Part shown: in pieces, positions 1-9,789 of the stretch
Layout: each line of letters opens with the position of its first letter
Position numbering within the stretch: the stretch's first letter is position 1
Source: Steroidobacteraceae bacterium
Lineage (GTDB): Bacteria > Pseudomonadota > Gammaproteobacteria > Steroidobacterales > Steroidobacteraceae
Assembly (NCBI GenBank): GCA_035504115.1
Contig: DATJSL010000030.1
Coordinates: forward strand, 19,864-43,863
Direction: 5' to 3'
DNA length: 24,000 nt
The notes under the pieces: model-generated
What the model saw: the letters and a program-made list of their open reading frames with translations, nothing else
Told to the model about the DNA's origin: nothing
The model's database searches: none
Made by a program: the position numbers and the translations under genes

Positions 1-314
1 GCGCGTGCCGGATACGGCTCGCGGAAATACTCCGCCATGATCTTGTTGACCACGGCGAAATGCGACAGATCGGTGAGGAACACCGTCGCCTTCACCACGT
101 CGTCGAGGCCGGCGCCGGCCGCGATCACGATCGCCTTGAGGTTGCGAAACACCTGATGCACCTGCGCCTCGATCCCGCCGGCGACGACCTCCTTGGTGTT
201 CGGATCCAGTGGAATCTGGCCCGACACCCAGACCGTGTTGCCGACCCGGACCGCTTGCGAATAGACCCCGATGGCGGCCGGGGCGTCCGGGGTGGAAATG
301 ATCTGCTTGCCCAT
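1..314 (-). CDS. ridA: RidA/YjgF/UK114 family reactive intermediate deaminase (3' end outside window)
   Basis: Minus-strand translation from ATG at 314 reads [83 protein letters not shown], typical of RidA. It sits directly downstream of spoT, a common arrangement. Confidence 0.9.
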   Translation of the reverse strand, partial: MGKQIISTPDAPAAIGVYSQAVRVGNTVWVSGQIPLDPNTKEVVAGGIEAQVHQVFRNLKAIVIAAGAGLDDVVKATVFLTDLSHFAVVNKIMAEYFREPYPAR

Positions 315-354
315 GATGCGTGTTCCTCCGTAGATGGTGCCCCGCCCGCGCTCC

Positions 355-2508
355 TCAGGCGAGCGTGCGGAACACTCGCTGCACGTCCGGCATGCGGCGT
401 ATGGTGCGCATGACGCGCGCCAGATGCTTGCGGTCGCGAACCTGCAGCTGGAATCTGAGCGAGGAGCTGTTGACGTCGCGCTCCTCCAGCGAGACCTGAT
501 CGATGTTGGTCTCGGTGCCGGCGATGCTGGACGCCACGGCCGCGAGAACTCCCACCCGGTTGTTGATGTCCAGCTGGATCTCCGAGGCGAAGGTGCGTCC
601 CTGGGTACCCTCCCAGGCCACCGACAGCCACTTGTCAGGCTGCTTGCGATATTCGGCGAGATTACCGCAATTCTGCCGATGGATCATCACGCCGCGGCCG
701 GCGGACAGATACGCCATGATGGGATCGTTCGGAATCGGAAAGCAGCAGCGCGCATAGGTGACCAGCAGCCCTTCGGTGCCGGCGATCATCAGCGGACCCG
801 AGTGCGCGCTGGTCTCGCCGTCGCCCGACGGCTGCAGATGCCGCGCCACCAGCGGCGCCAGCCGCTCGCCGAGGCCGATCTTCTCGAACAGCTCGTCGGC
901 ATCCTTGAGATTGAGCTCCTTCACCACGGCGTCGATGTCGGCCTGCGGGATCTTCTTCAAGCTCAGCGACAGCTCCTCCAGCGCGAGTCCGAGGAGCCGC
1001 CGCCCGAGCTCGATCGCGTCGCCGCGCTTCAAGTTCTTCAAGTACTGCCGGATGGCGGCGCGCGCCTTGGCGGTCACGAGAAAGCTCGACCAGGACGGAT
1101 TGGGCGTCGCGCCCTTGGCGGTGATGATTTCCACGGTCTGGCCGTTGCGCAGCGGCGTGCGCAGCGGCACGAGCCGCCGGTCGACCTTCGCGGCGACGCA
1201 TCGATTGCCGACGTCGGTATGAATCGCATAGGCGAAATCGACCGCCGTTGCGCCGGTCGGCAGCCTCAGGATCTTGCCCTTGGGGGTGAACACGTACACC
1301 TTGTCCGGGAACAGATCGACCTTGACGCTCTCCAGGAACTCCTCCGAGCTGCCGCCCTCCTGGATCTGCACCAGCCCCGCGAGCCACTCGCGCGCCCGGT
1401 CATGCTCGATGCCGCCGAAGGAGTCGCCCCCGGTCTTGTATTTCCAGTGCGCGGCGATGCCCGACTCGGCCACGCGGTGCATCTGCTCCGAGCGGATCTG
1501 CACCTCGATCGGCACGCCGTTCGGGCCGAACAGCGTGGTGTGCAGGGACTGATAGCCGTTGATGCGCGGGATGGCGATGTAGTCCTTGAAGCGCCCCGGC
1601 ATCGGCCGGTACACCCCGTGCACCAGCCCGAGCACCCGGTAGCAGGTGTCGACGCTGTCGACGATGATGCGAAAGCCGTAGACGTCGACCATCTCGTTCA
1701 GCGAGATGTGCTTGTTCTGCATCTTCTTGTAGATGCTGTAGAGGTGCTTTTCACGCCCTTCCACGTGCGCCGCGACGTCGGCTTTCTTGAGCGTGCTCTT
1801 GAAGGTGTCGGCGATCTTGCTCACGAACTGCTTCTGGTTGCCGCGTGCGCGCTTCAGCTCGCGCTCGAGCACGCGATATCGATAAGGATACAAGGCTCGG
1901 AAGCCGAGGTCCTCGAGCTCGAGCTTGACGGCGTACAGGCCGAGCCGCTCGGCGATGGGCGCATAGATCTCGAGCGTCTCGCGCGCGATGCGCCGCCGCT
2001 TCATCGGCGGCATGACTCCGAGCGTGCGCATGTTGTGCATGCGGTCGGCGAGCTTGACCATGATCACGCGAATGTCGCGCACCATCGCGAGCAGCATCTT
2101 GCGGAAGCTCTCGGCCTGCGCCTCCTGGCGGTTCTTGAACTGAATCTGGTCGAGTTTGCTCACGCCGTCGACCAGCTCGGCGACCACCTGGCCGAACATC
2201 GAGGCGATCTCCGCCTTGGCGGTCGGCGTGTCCTCGATCACGTCGTGCAGAATGGCGGCGACCAGGGTATCGGCGTCGAGCTTCAGGTCGGCGAGAATGT
2301 CCGCCACCGCGACCGGATGGGTGATGTACGGCTCGCCCGAGACGCGTTTCTGGCCTTGATGGCGCTCGGCGCCGAAGTCGTAGGCCTCGCGTACCCGCTC
2401 GACCTGGGCGGGCGGCAGGTAGCTCTCGAGCTTCTCTAGGAGCTCACTGATCCCGGTGGTGCGTCTTCCACTGGGTAGGAAACCGAGTATGGAAGACGCA
2501 TAGTCCAT
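355..2508 (-). CDS. spoT: Bifunctional (p)ppGpp synthetase/hydrolase, RelA/SpoT family (717 aa)
   Basis: HD hydrolase region ([29 protein letters not shown]), synthetase region ([45 protein letters not shown]), TGS region ([31 protein letters not shown]) and C-terminal ACT-like region. Gene order rpoZ-spoT-ridA. Confidence 0.97.
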   Translation of the reverse strand: MDYASSILGFLPSGRRTTGISELLEKLESYLPPAQVERVREAYDFGAERHQGQKRVSGEPYITHPVAVADILADLKLDADTLVAAILHDVIEDTPTAKAEIASMFGQVVAELVDGVSKLDQIQFKNRQEAQAESFRKMLLAMVRDIRVIMVKLADRMHNMRTLGVMPPMKRRRIARETLEIYAPIAERLGLYAVKLELEDLGFRALYPYRYRVLERELKRARGNQKQFVSKIADTFKSTLKKADVAAHVEGREKHLYSIYKKMQNKHISLNEMVDVYGFRIIVDSVDTCYRVLGLVHGVYRPMPGRFKDYIAIPRINGYQSLHTTLFGPNGVPIEVQIRSEQMHRVAESGIAAHWKYKTGGDSFGGIEHDRAREWLAGLVQIQEGGSSEEFLESVKVDLFPDKVYVFTPKGKILRLPTGATAVDFAYAIHTDVGNRCVAAKVDRRLVPLRTPLRNGQTVEIITAKGATPNPSWSSFLVTAKARAAIRQYLKNLKRGDAIELGRRLLGLALEELSLSLKKIPQADIDAVVKELNLKDADELFEKIGLGERLAPLVARHLQPSGDGETSAHSGPLMIAGTEGLLVTYARCCFPIPNDPIMAYLSAGRGVMIHRQNCGNLAEYRKQPDKWLSVAWEGTQGRTFASEIQLDINNRVGVLAAVASSIAGTETNIDQVSLEERDVNSSSLRFQLQVRDRKHLARVMRTIRRMPDVQRVFRTLA

Positions 2509-2527
2509 CGGTACCTAGCGGCGCGTA

Positions 2528-2806
2528 TCAGTCCCCTAGGCCAAGCTGCGGAGCGCGGAAGTCGGACGGAATCTCGAGCTCGGCCGCCGGTTGCGGGGCC
2601 GGCTCTTCGGGCTCTTCGAGCATTTCGAGCGTGATGTTTCCGGCGGCGATCTCGCGCAGCGCAACCACCGTCGGCTTGTCGTTCTCCCACTCGACGGTCG
2701 CCTCCGCGCCGTTCGCCAGCCGCCGCGCGCGCTTGGCGGCGAGCAGCACCAGATTGAAAAGGTTGGGCTCGTTCTGCAGGCAGTCTTCGACGGTGATCCG
2801 CGCCAT
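2528..2806 (-). CDS. rpoZ: DNA-directed RNA polymerase subunit omega (92 aa)
   Basis: [58 protein letters not shown]; located between gmk and spoT. Confidence 0.97.
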   Translation of the reverse strand: MARITVEDCLQNEPNLFNLVLLAAKRARRLANGAEATVEWENDKPTVVALREIAAGNITLEMLEEPEEPAPQPAAELEIPSDFRAPQLGLGD

Positions 2807-2890
2807 GGCTCTTCGGGGTTTCGTTTAAGGGAGTAAAAGCATAGCAGGAAACGGGCCCCCCGGGCCAGCGCGGGCAGGCGCAAGCGCCGA

Positions 2891-3541
2891 TCAGGCCAGC
2901 AATTCCGCCGCCAGCCGCGCCACCTCCGGCCGGGTGGCTTTGAGGGCTGCCCCGTGCTCGCGCACGATGGCCTGAAAATCGCGCAAGGCATCGTCGAAGC
3001 GGTCGTTGATCACCACGTAGTCGAACTCGATCCAGTGCGCGATGTCGCGCTGCGCGTCCTCGAGACGGCGGCGAATGACCTCGGGCGAATCGGTGCTGCG
3101 GGCGGTAAGACGCTCCTCGAGGGCGCGACGCGTCGGGGGCAGGATGAAGACGCTGTGTGCGGCGGGCAGCCGCGCCCGCACCTGGCGCGCGCCCTGCCAG
3201 TCGATCTCGAGCAGCAGCAGCCGCCCCGCGGCGAGCGCATCGCGCACCGCCTTGAGCCCCGTGCCGTAGCAATTGTCGTACACCCGCGCGTGCTCGAGAA
3301 ACTCGCCGCGCGCCGCCATCCGCTCGAACTGCCGCGCCGTGATGAAGTGATAGTCCCGCCCGTCGATCTCGTTCGGCCGCGGCGCCCGGGTGGTGTAGGA
3401 GACGGAGAATCGCAGCCCGGGCTCGCGCTCCATGAGCGCCTTCACCAGGCTGGTCTTGCCGGCGCCCGAGGGAGCCGAAACCACGTACAGGCGGCCGGCC
3501 CTGCCGGCGCCCGCGGTTTGCTCGTTTGCGGCCGCCGGCAT
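2891..3541 (-). CDS. gmk: Guanylate kinase (216 aa)
   Basis: GRLYVVSAPSGAGKTSLVKAL Walker A, SVSYTTRAPRPNEIDGRDYHFI and LLLEIDWQGARQVR motifs. Confidence 0.97.
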   Translation of the reverse strand: MPAAANEQTAGAGRAGRLYVVSAPSGAGKTSLVKALMEREPGLRFSVSYTTRAPRPNEIDGRDYHFITARQFERMAARGEFLEHARVYDNCYGTGLKAVRDALAAGRLLLLEIDWQGARQVRARLPAAHSVFILPPTRRALEERLTARSTDSPEVIRRRLEDAQRDIAHWIEFDYVVINDRFDDALRDFQAIVREHGAALKATRPEVARLAAELLA

Positions 3542-3546
3542 CGCGG

Positions 3547-4410
3547 CTACTCGACGTTCTGCACTTGCTCGCGCATCTGCTCGATCAGTACCTTCATGTC
3601 GACGGCCGCGCGCGTCGTCTCGATGTCCTGCGACTTGGAGGACAGCGTGTTCGCTTCGCGGTTCAGCTCCTGCATCAGGAAATCGAGGCGCCGTCCCGCC
3701 GGCTCATGGCCCGCGAAGGCCTTGCGCACCTCGGCGACGTGGCCGCGCAGCCGATCGATCTCCTCGTCGACGTCGAGCCGCTGCGCGAGGATGGCGAGCT
3801 CCTGCTCCAGGCGGTCGTGATCGGCGTCGCTGGTGAGCTGGGCGATGCGATCGAGGAGCTTGGCGCGCATGCGCGCGCGCACCTCCGGCAGGCGCTCCGA
3901 GACGCGCGCCGCGAAGTCGATCAGGCCCGCGCAGCGCTGCTCGAGCGCCTCGCGCAAGCGCGCGCCCTCGCTGTCGCGAAACCGCGCGAGCTCATCCAGC
4001 GCCTCGCCGAGCAGCGCCTGCGCCGCCGCGACCAGCGGTGCGCTGTCGCGCGCCTGATCCCGCAGCACGCCCGGCCAGCGCAGCAGGTCGAGTACCTCGA
4101 TGCGTGCGGCCGCGCCCGCCTGCGCCGCCGCCTGCTGTGCCCGCTGCGTCACGGCCGCGAGGAGCTCGGCGTCGACGTCCAGGGTGGTGGTCGTGGAGGC
4201 GGGGCGGAAATGCAGCGAGCACTCGACCTTGCCTCGGCGCACGGCGCCGGACACCGCCTGGCGAAATTCAGCCTCGGCGCAGCGAAACTCTTCGGGCAGC
4301 CGGCAGCCGATCTCCAGGTAGCGGTGATTGACCGTCTTCAGCTCCCACGCGAGCTGCCCCCACGGAAACTGGCGCTCGCGCCGCGCAAAGCCGGTCATGC
4401 TACGAATCAT
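3547..4410 (-). CDS. yicC: YicC family protein (about 287 aa; start placed at internal ATG)
   Basis: MIRSMTGFARRERQFPWGQLAWELKTVNHRYLEIGCRLPEEFR N-terminus and ..RLDFLMQELNREANTLSSKSQDIETTRAAVDMKVLIEQMREQVQNVE C-terminus. The track ORF is over-extended to 4716. Confidence 0.93.
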   Translation of the reverse strand: MIRSMTGFARRERQFPWGQLAWELKTVNHRYLEIGCRLPEEFRCAEAEFRQAVSGAVRRGKVECSLHFRPASTTTTLDVDAELLAAVTQRAQQAAAQAGAAARIEVLDLLRWPGVLRDQARDSAPLVAAAQALLGEALDELARFRDSEGARLREALEQRCAGLIDFAARVSERLPEVRARMRAKLLDRIAQLTSDADHDRLEQELAILAQRLDVDEEIDRLRGHVAEVRKAFAGHEPAGRRLDFLMQELNREANTLSSKSQDIETTRAAVDMKVLIEQMREQVQNVE

Positions 4411-4475
4411 AGGGTCTCGAGCCGAAATCGGCCATAATCGGCAGCCGAGTCTATCGAAGCCGGTAGGAGCTGTCA

Positions 4476-5222
4476 TTGCAGATCGAGACCGCGGATGTGA
4501 GCCTGATCGGCCACCGCGAGGAGAATCAGGATCGAGTCGCGGTGGCAGCCGGCGAGCATGCCGTACTGCTGGCGGTGATCGACGGCATGGGCGGTCATGC
4601 CGAGGGCGCGCGCGCGGCGGAAACGGCGCTGGCGACGCTCCTCGAGGCGTTCTGGCAGACGCCGCACCCGATATTCGATCCGCTCGGATTCCTGCATCTG
4701 TCTCTCGGGCGCGCACACGAGGAAGTCGTGAAGCTCGGCGTCGGTCTCGCGGTGGAGGCCCGCCCGCGCGCGACCTGCGCGGTATGCCTGGTGCAGGATT
4801 CGGCGGCTTACTGGGCGCACGTCGGCGACAGCCGCGTCTATCAGCTGCGCCAATCCCAGGTCCTCGAGCGCACGCGCGATCACAGCCACGTGGAGGTTCT
4901 GCTGCGCGAGGGACTCATCACCGAGGCCGAAGTACAAGGCCATCCGATGCGCAATTACGTCGAATGCTGTCTGGGAGGCGACGCGGCATTGCCCGAGATG
5001 AGCATCTCGAGCCGCCGGCGGCTGAAGGCGGGCGACGTTCTGCTGTTGTGTACCGACGGGGTGTGGGCGAATCTGCGCGACCAGGACTTCGTGCGCTTCG
5101 CGCAGTCCGCCGGCAAGCCCTTGCGCGACAGTCTCACCGATCTCGGCACCCAGGCGGTGGCCGCCGCGGCGCCTTACAGTGACAACGCCAGCGCCGCCGC
5201 GCTGCGCTGGCGGGCCGCATGA
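4476..5222 (+). CDS. PP2C-family serine/threonine protein phosphatase (248 aa, TTG start)
   Basis: PP2C metal-binding motifs [34 protein letters not shown] and [17 protein letters not shown] Shine-Dalgarno lies upstream of a TTG at 4476. Confidence 0.93.
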   Translation: MQIETADVSLIGHREENQDRVAVAAGEHAVLLAVIDGMGGHAEGARAAETALATLLEAFWQTPHPIFDPLGFLHLSLGRAHEEVVKLGVGLAVEARPRATCAVCLVQDSAAYWAHVGDSRVYQLRQSQVLERTRDHSHVEVLLREGLITEAEVQGHPMRNYVECCLGGDAALPEMSISSRRRLKAGDVLLLCTDGVWANLRDQDFVRFAQSAGKPLRDSLTDLGTQAVAAAAPYSDNASAAALRWRAA

Positions 5223-5938
5223 GCTTGCGTCCGAGCGGCCGCGAGCCGAATGAGCTCAGGCCCGTGAGCTTCGAGCGCGGCTATACCGCGCACGCCGAGG
5301 GCTCGGTGCTGGTGGGGTTCGGCGGGACCCGCGTGCTGTGCACGGCGAGCATCGAGGATGGCGTGCCGTCGTTCCTGCGCGGCTCCGCACAGGGCTGGGT
5401 GACCGCCGAGTACGGCATGCTGCCGAGGTCCACGCACACCCGCACGGCACGCGAGGCCGCGCGCGGCAAGCAGTCCGGCCGCACGCAGGAGATTCAGCGC
5501 CTGATCGGCCGCGCGCTGCGCGCCGTGCTCGATCTCAAGGCCCTCGGTGAGCGCACCGTGACCGTGGATTGCGACGTGCTGCAGGCGGACGGAGGCACCC
5601 GGACCGCCTCGATCACCGGCGGGTTCGTGGCGCTCGCCGACGCCGTCGATACCCTGCTCAAGAGGCGCGTGCTGGCGGTCAATCCCATCCATGGCCAGGT
5701 GGCGGCGGTGTCGGTGGGCATATACCGCGGCGTGCCGGTGCTCGATCTCGATTACGCCGAAGACTCGAACGCCGAGACCGACATGAACGTGGTGATGAAC
5801 TCGGGGGGCGGGTTCGTGGAAGTGCAGGGCACCGCGGAAGGCCACGCCTTTCGCCGCCACGAGCTCGATCGATTGCTGGACCTCGCTGCGCAGGGGATCG
5901 CGCGGCTGCACGCGGCGCAGCTGAGTGCCCGAGCCTAG
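5219..5938 (+). CDS. rph: Ribonuclease PH (239 aa)
   Basis: [91 protein letters not shown]. Confidence 0.98.
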   Translation: MSLRPSGREPNELRPVSFERGYTAHAEGSVLVGFGGTRVLCTASIEDGVPSFLRGSAQGWVTAEYGMLPRSTHTRTAREAARGKQSGRTQEIQRLIGRALRAVLDLKALGERTVTVDCDVLQADGGTRTASITGGFVALADAVDTLLKRRVLAVNPIHGQVAAVSVGIYRGVPVLDLDYAEDSNAETDMNVVMNSGGGFVEVQGTAEGHAFRRHELDRLLDLAAQGIARLHAAQLSARA

Positions 5939-6569
5939 AGATCGCGGCGTGCGCGGCGCTGCCGCCGAACGCCAGACGCTGGTGATCGCGAGCGCGAATC
6001 CCGGCAAGCTGCGCGAGCTCGCAGAGCTGCTCGCGCAGCTGCCATTCGCGCTCGTCGGCCAGGCGGCGCTCGGGGTTGCCGCAGCCGAGGAGACCGGCGC
6101 GACGTTCGCGCAGAACGCACTGCTGAAAGCCCGGCACGCCGCCCGGTCAACGGGTCTCGCGGCCATCGCGGATGACTCGGGACTCGAGGTCGATGCGCTC
6201 GGCGGCGCGCCGGGAGTCCGCTCGGCGCGCTACGCGGGCGAGGGAGCGAGCGATGAGGCCAACAACGCCAAGCTCATCGCCGCGCTCGAGGGCCTTACGG
6301 GATCGGCGCGCCGGGCGCGCTACCGCTGCGCGCTGGTCTACGTCGACGGCCCTGCCGATCCTTCGCCTGTGTGCGCGCAGGGCGTGTGGGAGGGCCTCAT
6401 CCTGGCCGCGCCGCGCGGCGCGCGCGGCTTCGGGTACGACCCTTACTTCTGGCTGCCCGAGCTCGATGCGACCGCGGCCGAGCTCGAGCCCGCCGCGAAG
6501 AACCGGTTGAGCCACCGCGGCAAGGCCTTGCGGCTGCTGCGCGACAAGCTCGCCGTGCGGCCGCGATGA
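5925..6569 (+). CDS. rdgB: RdgB/HAM1 family non-canonical purine NTP pyrophosphatase (up to 214 aa; exact start uncertain)
   Basis: [59 protein letters not shown] and [12 protein letters not shown] motifs; downstream of rph. Confidence 0.95.
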   Translation: MPEPRDRGVRGAAAERQTLVIASANPGKLRELAELLAQLPFALVGQAALGVAAAEETGATFAQNALLKARHAARSTGLAAIADDSGLEVDALGGAPGVRSARYAGEGASDEANNAKLIAALEGLTGSARRARYRCALVYVDGPADPSPVCAQGVWEGLILAAPRGARGFGYDPYFWLPELDATAAELEPAAKNRLSHRGKALRLLRDKLAVRPR

Positions 6570-7720
6570 GCGCCGCGCCGTTGCCGCTCACTCTGTACGT
6601 GCACATGCCCTGGTGCGTACGCAAGTGCCCGTACTGCGACTTCAACTCCCACCAGCTCAAATCGGCAAAGCCCTCGGTGCGCTACATCGATGCGCTGCTC
6701 GCGGATCTCGAGGCCGAGCTGCCGCTGCTCGGCAGCCGGCCGATCGAGGCGGTCTTCTTCGGCGGAGGGACGCCGAGCCTGTTCGCGCCCGAGGAGTTCG
6801 CGCGGCTGCTCGCGGGAGTGCGGCAGCGGTGCGTGCTGGCGGACGGCGCCGAGGTGACGCTCGAGGCGAATCCCGGCACCATCGAGCGCGGCCGATTCGC
6901 CGGCTATCGGGCGGCGGGGATCAATCGCGTATCCCTCGGTGCACAGAGCTTTGCGCCCCATGCGCTCGAGCGCCTGGGACGCATCCATGCGCCCAGGGAC
7001 ACCCTCGCCGCGGTCGAGGAGTTGCGCGCGGCGGGGATCGGCAACTTCAATCTGGACCTCATGTATGCGCTGCCGGGGCAGACGTTCGAGGAGGCGCTCG
7101 AGGACATCCGCGTGGCCTGCGCGCTTGGGCCGGCGCACATCTCGCACTATCAGCTCACCCTCGAGCCGGGCACCGCCTTCCATGCCCGTCCACCGGCGTT
7201 GCCGGGCGAGGAGCTGGCATTTCGGATGCAGCGCGAGTGTCAGGAGCTGCTCGCCGCGCATGGCTTCGAGCAATACGAGGTATCCGCCTACGCCAAGCGC
7301 GGCGCGCGCTGCCGCCACAATCTCAACTACTGGCAGTTCGGCGACTATGTGGGCATCGGCGCGGGCGCACATGGCAAGCTGAGCGCCTCGCTCCCGGGCG
7401 GCGTGCTGCGCACCGAGAAGCCCCGCCAGCCAAGGAGCTATCAGGCGGCGGCCGTGGCGTGCGCGCCCGTCGGCGAGCGCCGGCCGGTGGCCGCGCGCGA
7501 GCTGCCTTTCGAGTTCATGCTCAACGCATTGCGCCTCAACGAAGGGTTCGCGTGCGGCGATTTCGAGTGCCGGACGGGCCTTTCGATGAGCGCGGTCGAG
7601 CCCGAGCTGCGCAAGGCGCAGGCGCGCAGCCTCGTCGAGATGACCGACCGCGGGGGATGGCGGGCCAGCGAGCTCGGATTCAGGTTCCTAAACGACCTGC
7701 AAGCCAGCTTCCTGCCCTAA
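6566..7720 (+). CDS. hemW: Radical SAM family heme chaperone HemW (384 aa)
   Basis: YVHMPWCVRKCPYCDFNSH radical SAM CxxxCxxC, PIEAVFFGGGTPSLF, RVSLGAQSF. Start ATG at 6566 overlaps the rdgB stop. Confidence 0.96.
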   Translation: MSAAPLPLTLYVHMPWCVRKCPYCDFNSHQLKSAKPSVRYIDALLADLEAELPLLGSRPIEAVFFGGGTPSLFAPEEFARLLAGVRQRCVLADGAEVTLEANPGTIERGRFAGYRAAGINRVSLGAQSFAPHALERLGRIHAPRDTLAAVEELRAAGIGNFNLDLMYALPGQTFEEALEDIRVACALGPAHISHYQLTLEPGTAFHARPPALPGEELAFRMQRECQELLAAHGFEQYEVSAYAKRGARCRHNLNYWQFGDYVGIGAGAHGKLSASLPGGVLRTEKPRQPRSYQAAAVACAPVGERRPVAARELPFEFMLNALRLNEGFACGDFECRTGLSMSAVEPELRKAQARSLVEMTDRGGWRASELGFRFLNDLQASFLP

Positions 7721-7722
7721 GC

Positions 7723-7933
7723 TTATACACACGGGCGGTTGCGCCTCGACTGCAGCGGTACCTACAGCACATTGCGCCTACGTTAGGTCAGATGCCCGAT
7801 GTAACAATATGAAATTAATAATAAAACCAGCTTGTATATTTTTTGACCAAGTTAACATTTACTCGTATTTCAGCAGTGTGAACGGCGCATGGCGCAGTCC
7901 GTCCACAGAGTTATCCACAGATATTGTGGAAAA
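7723..7933. promoter_or_regulatory. Cluster of DnaA-box-like 9-mers flanking an AT-rich tract (candidate DnaA-binding region)
   Basis: TTATACACA (+,7723-7731), TTATCCACA (+,7911-7919) and TTTTCCACA (-,7925-7933) all match TTWTNCACA. The AT-rich tract spans about 7803-7872. Confidence 0.5.
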
Positions 7934-8009
7934 AAGGGGCGCGCCAGCCCGGGCAGACAGCCTACCGCCGCGGCGCTTGTTGAGGGGCCTGCTTTAGGCT
8001 AAGGTACGC

Positions 8010-8043
8010 GGCCCTAAAGACGTAGGGCCATCGCATGGCGATG
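8010..8043 (+). promoter_or_regulatory. Two consecutive hairpins in the putative rpmE 5' leader
   Basis: GGCCCTA (8010-8016)/TAGGGCC (8023-8029) with 6-nt loop; CATCGC (8029-8034)/GCGATG (8038-8043) with 3-nt loop. The two share position 8029. Confidence 0.45.
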
Positions 8044-8106
8044 AGGCTCCTTGAAAACCCCGTTCGAGGACCCATCGATTCTGCTCAAACGAGACTCGAG
8101 GTTTCC

Positions 8107-8322
8107 ATGAAGGCCGGCATCCATCCCGAATACCAGGACATCACCGTCACCTGCACCTGCGGCAACACGTTCAAGACCCGCTCGACCATCGGTCACGACC
8201 TGCAGGTCGAGGTGTGCTCGAACTGCCATCCGTTCTACACCGGCAAGCAGAAGATCGTCGACACGGGCGGCCGCGTCGACAAGTTCCGCAAGAAGTACGC
8301 GACCGCAGCCGCCAAGGCTTGA
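8107..8322 (+). CDS. rpmE: 50S ribosomal protein L31, zinc-ribbon (C+) type (71 aa)
   Basis: [68 protein letters not shown] precedes ATG at 8107; the track ORF start at 8035 is over-extended. Confidence 0.97.
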   Translation: MKAGIHPEYQDITVTCTCGNTFKTRSTIGHDLQVEVCSNCHPFYTGKQKIVDTGGRVDKFRKKYATAAAKA

Positions 8323-8493
8323 CCGCGCCTCGCGCCGCTGTCGCCAGCCCGATCAAGCTGGCGCCTTGAGCTAGCGCCTGCGCCGCGTGCTTGCTGAGCG
8401 CGGCGCGCTGCGACCCACGCGCTTGATTCCGCAGGTCCGCCGTGCAAGGCTTCCGGGCCTCGTCAACGAACTGGCCGCAAATCGGTTACGCGT

Positions 8494-9786
8494 ATGAGCA
8501 CGAAATACGAGCTGAAGAACCTTTCCACCGGCAAGACCGCCGAGCTGCCGGCGCGCTCCGGCACGCTCGGCCCGGATTGTCTCGATATCTCGCATCTCAC
8601 TCGCGACCTCGGCGTGTTCACGTTCGATCCGGGCTTCATGGCCACGGCCAGCACGGAAAGCAAGATCACCTACATCGACGGCGATGCCGGCGTGCTGCTC
8701 TACCGCGGCTACCCGGTCGAGCAACTGGCCGAGAAGTCGAGCTTCCTCGAGGTCGCACACCTGCTCATCTACGGCATCCTCCCGGACAAGGCGCAGCTCA
8801 GCTCCTTCACCACATCGATCACGCGGCACACCATGGTGAACGAGCAGCTGCTGAGCTTTTTCGAGGGCTTCCATCACGACGCCCACCCGATGGCCATGGT
8901 CTCGGCCGTGGTGGCTTCGATGGCCGCCTTCTATCACGACACCACCGACATCGCCGACCCGCGCCACCGCGAGATCTTCGCTCATCGCATCGTCGCAAAG
9001 CTCCCGACGATCGCCGCGGCGGCCTACAAGCACACTCTCGGCCAGCCTTTCGTCTATCCGCGCAATGATCTGCGCTATTGCGCCAACATGCTCAACATGT
9101 TCTTCGCGGTGCCGTGCGAGCCCTACGCGATCGACCCGGTGGCGGCGGAAGCCATCGACCTGCTCTTCATCCTGCACGCCGATCACGAGCAAAATGCAAG
9201 CACATCGACCGTGCGCCTGGCCGGCAGCACCGGCGCCAACCCGTACGCCGCCATCTCATCGGGCGTATCCGCCCTCTGGGGGCCCGCGCACGGCGGTGCG
9301 AATGAGGCCGTGCTCAACATGCTCGATGGCATCGGGTCGGCCGCTCACATCGACAAGTTCCTGGCCCGTGTGAAGGACAAGTCCGACAGCGTGCGGCTCA
9401 TGGGCTTCGGCCACCGCGTCTACAAGAACTTCGACCCGCGCGCCAAGATCATCCGCGAGATGTGCTATCGGGTGCTCGAGAAGCTCGGCAAGGGCAACAA
9501 CCCCCTGTTCGATCTGGCGCTCAAGCTCGAGGAGATCGCGCTCAAGGACGAGTATTTCGTTTCGCGCAAGCTCTATCCCAACGTCGACTTCTATTCGGGC
9601 ATCATCTACAGCGCCCTCGGCATTCCACGCTCCATGTTCACGGTCTTGTTCGCGATTGCGCGCACCGCCGGCTGGGTCGCGCACTGGCAGGAAATGGTGT
9701 CCGACCCGCACATGCGGATCGGACGGCCGCGCCAGCTCTACACCGGCCCCACTCAGAGGGACTACCGCTCGATCGACAAGCGCTGA
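8494..9786 (+). CDS. gltA: Citrate synthase (430 aa)
   Basis: [103 protein letters not shown]. Confidence 0.98.
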   Translation: MSTKYELKNLSTGKTAELPARSGTLGPDCLDISHLTRDLGVFTFDPGFMATASTESKITYIDGDAGVLLYRGYPVEQLAEKSSFLEVAHLLIYGILPDKAQLSSFTTSITRHTMVNEQLLSFFEGFHHDAHPMAMVSAVVASMAAFYHDTTDIADPRHREIFAHRIVAKLPTIAAAAYKHTLGQPFVYPRNDLRYCANMLNMFFAVPCEPYAIDPVAAEAIDLLFILHADHEQNASTSTVRLAGSTGANPYAAISSGVSALWGPAHGGANEAVLNMLDGIGSAAHIDKFLARVKDKSDSVRLMGFGHRVYKNFDPRAKIIREMCYRVLEKLGKGNNPLFDLALKLEEIALKDEYFVSRKLYPNVDFYSGIIYSALGIPRSMFTVLFAIARTAGWVAHWQEMVSDPHMRIGRPRQLYTGPTQRDYRSIDKR

Positions 9787-9789
9787 ACG

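Noticed and set aside
334-2439. 701-aa plus-strand ORF opposite spoT
   Set aside because: Antisense shadow ORF of a clearly conserved gene in GC-rich DNA. Its translation is low-complexity Arg/Leu/His/Asp-rich with no family motif.
2954-3820. 288-aa and related plus-strand ORFs opposite gmk/yicC
   Set aside because: Shadow ORFs; the opposite strand encodes well-recognised Gmk and YicC.
7809-7997. 62-aa plus-strand ORF in the AT-rich intergenic region
   Set aside because: No recognisable motif or clear ribosome-binding site; overlaps the AT-rich/DnaA-box region. More likely non-coding.
8035-8106. 24-aa N-terminal extension of L31 ([24 protein letters not shown])
   Set aside because: Canonical L31 begins MKAGIHP at 8107 with an adjacent GAGG. 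The extension overlaps the leader hairpins.
8342-8363. CGCCAG/CTGGCG inverted repeat after rpmE as an intrinsic terminator
   Set aside because: Only 6 bp with a 10-nt loop and no following U-tract; too weak to call.
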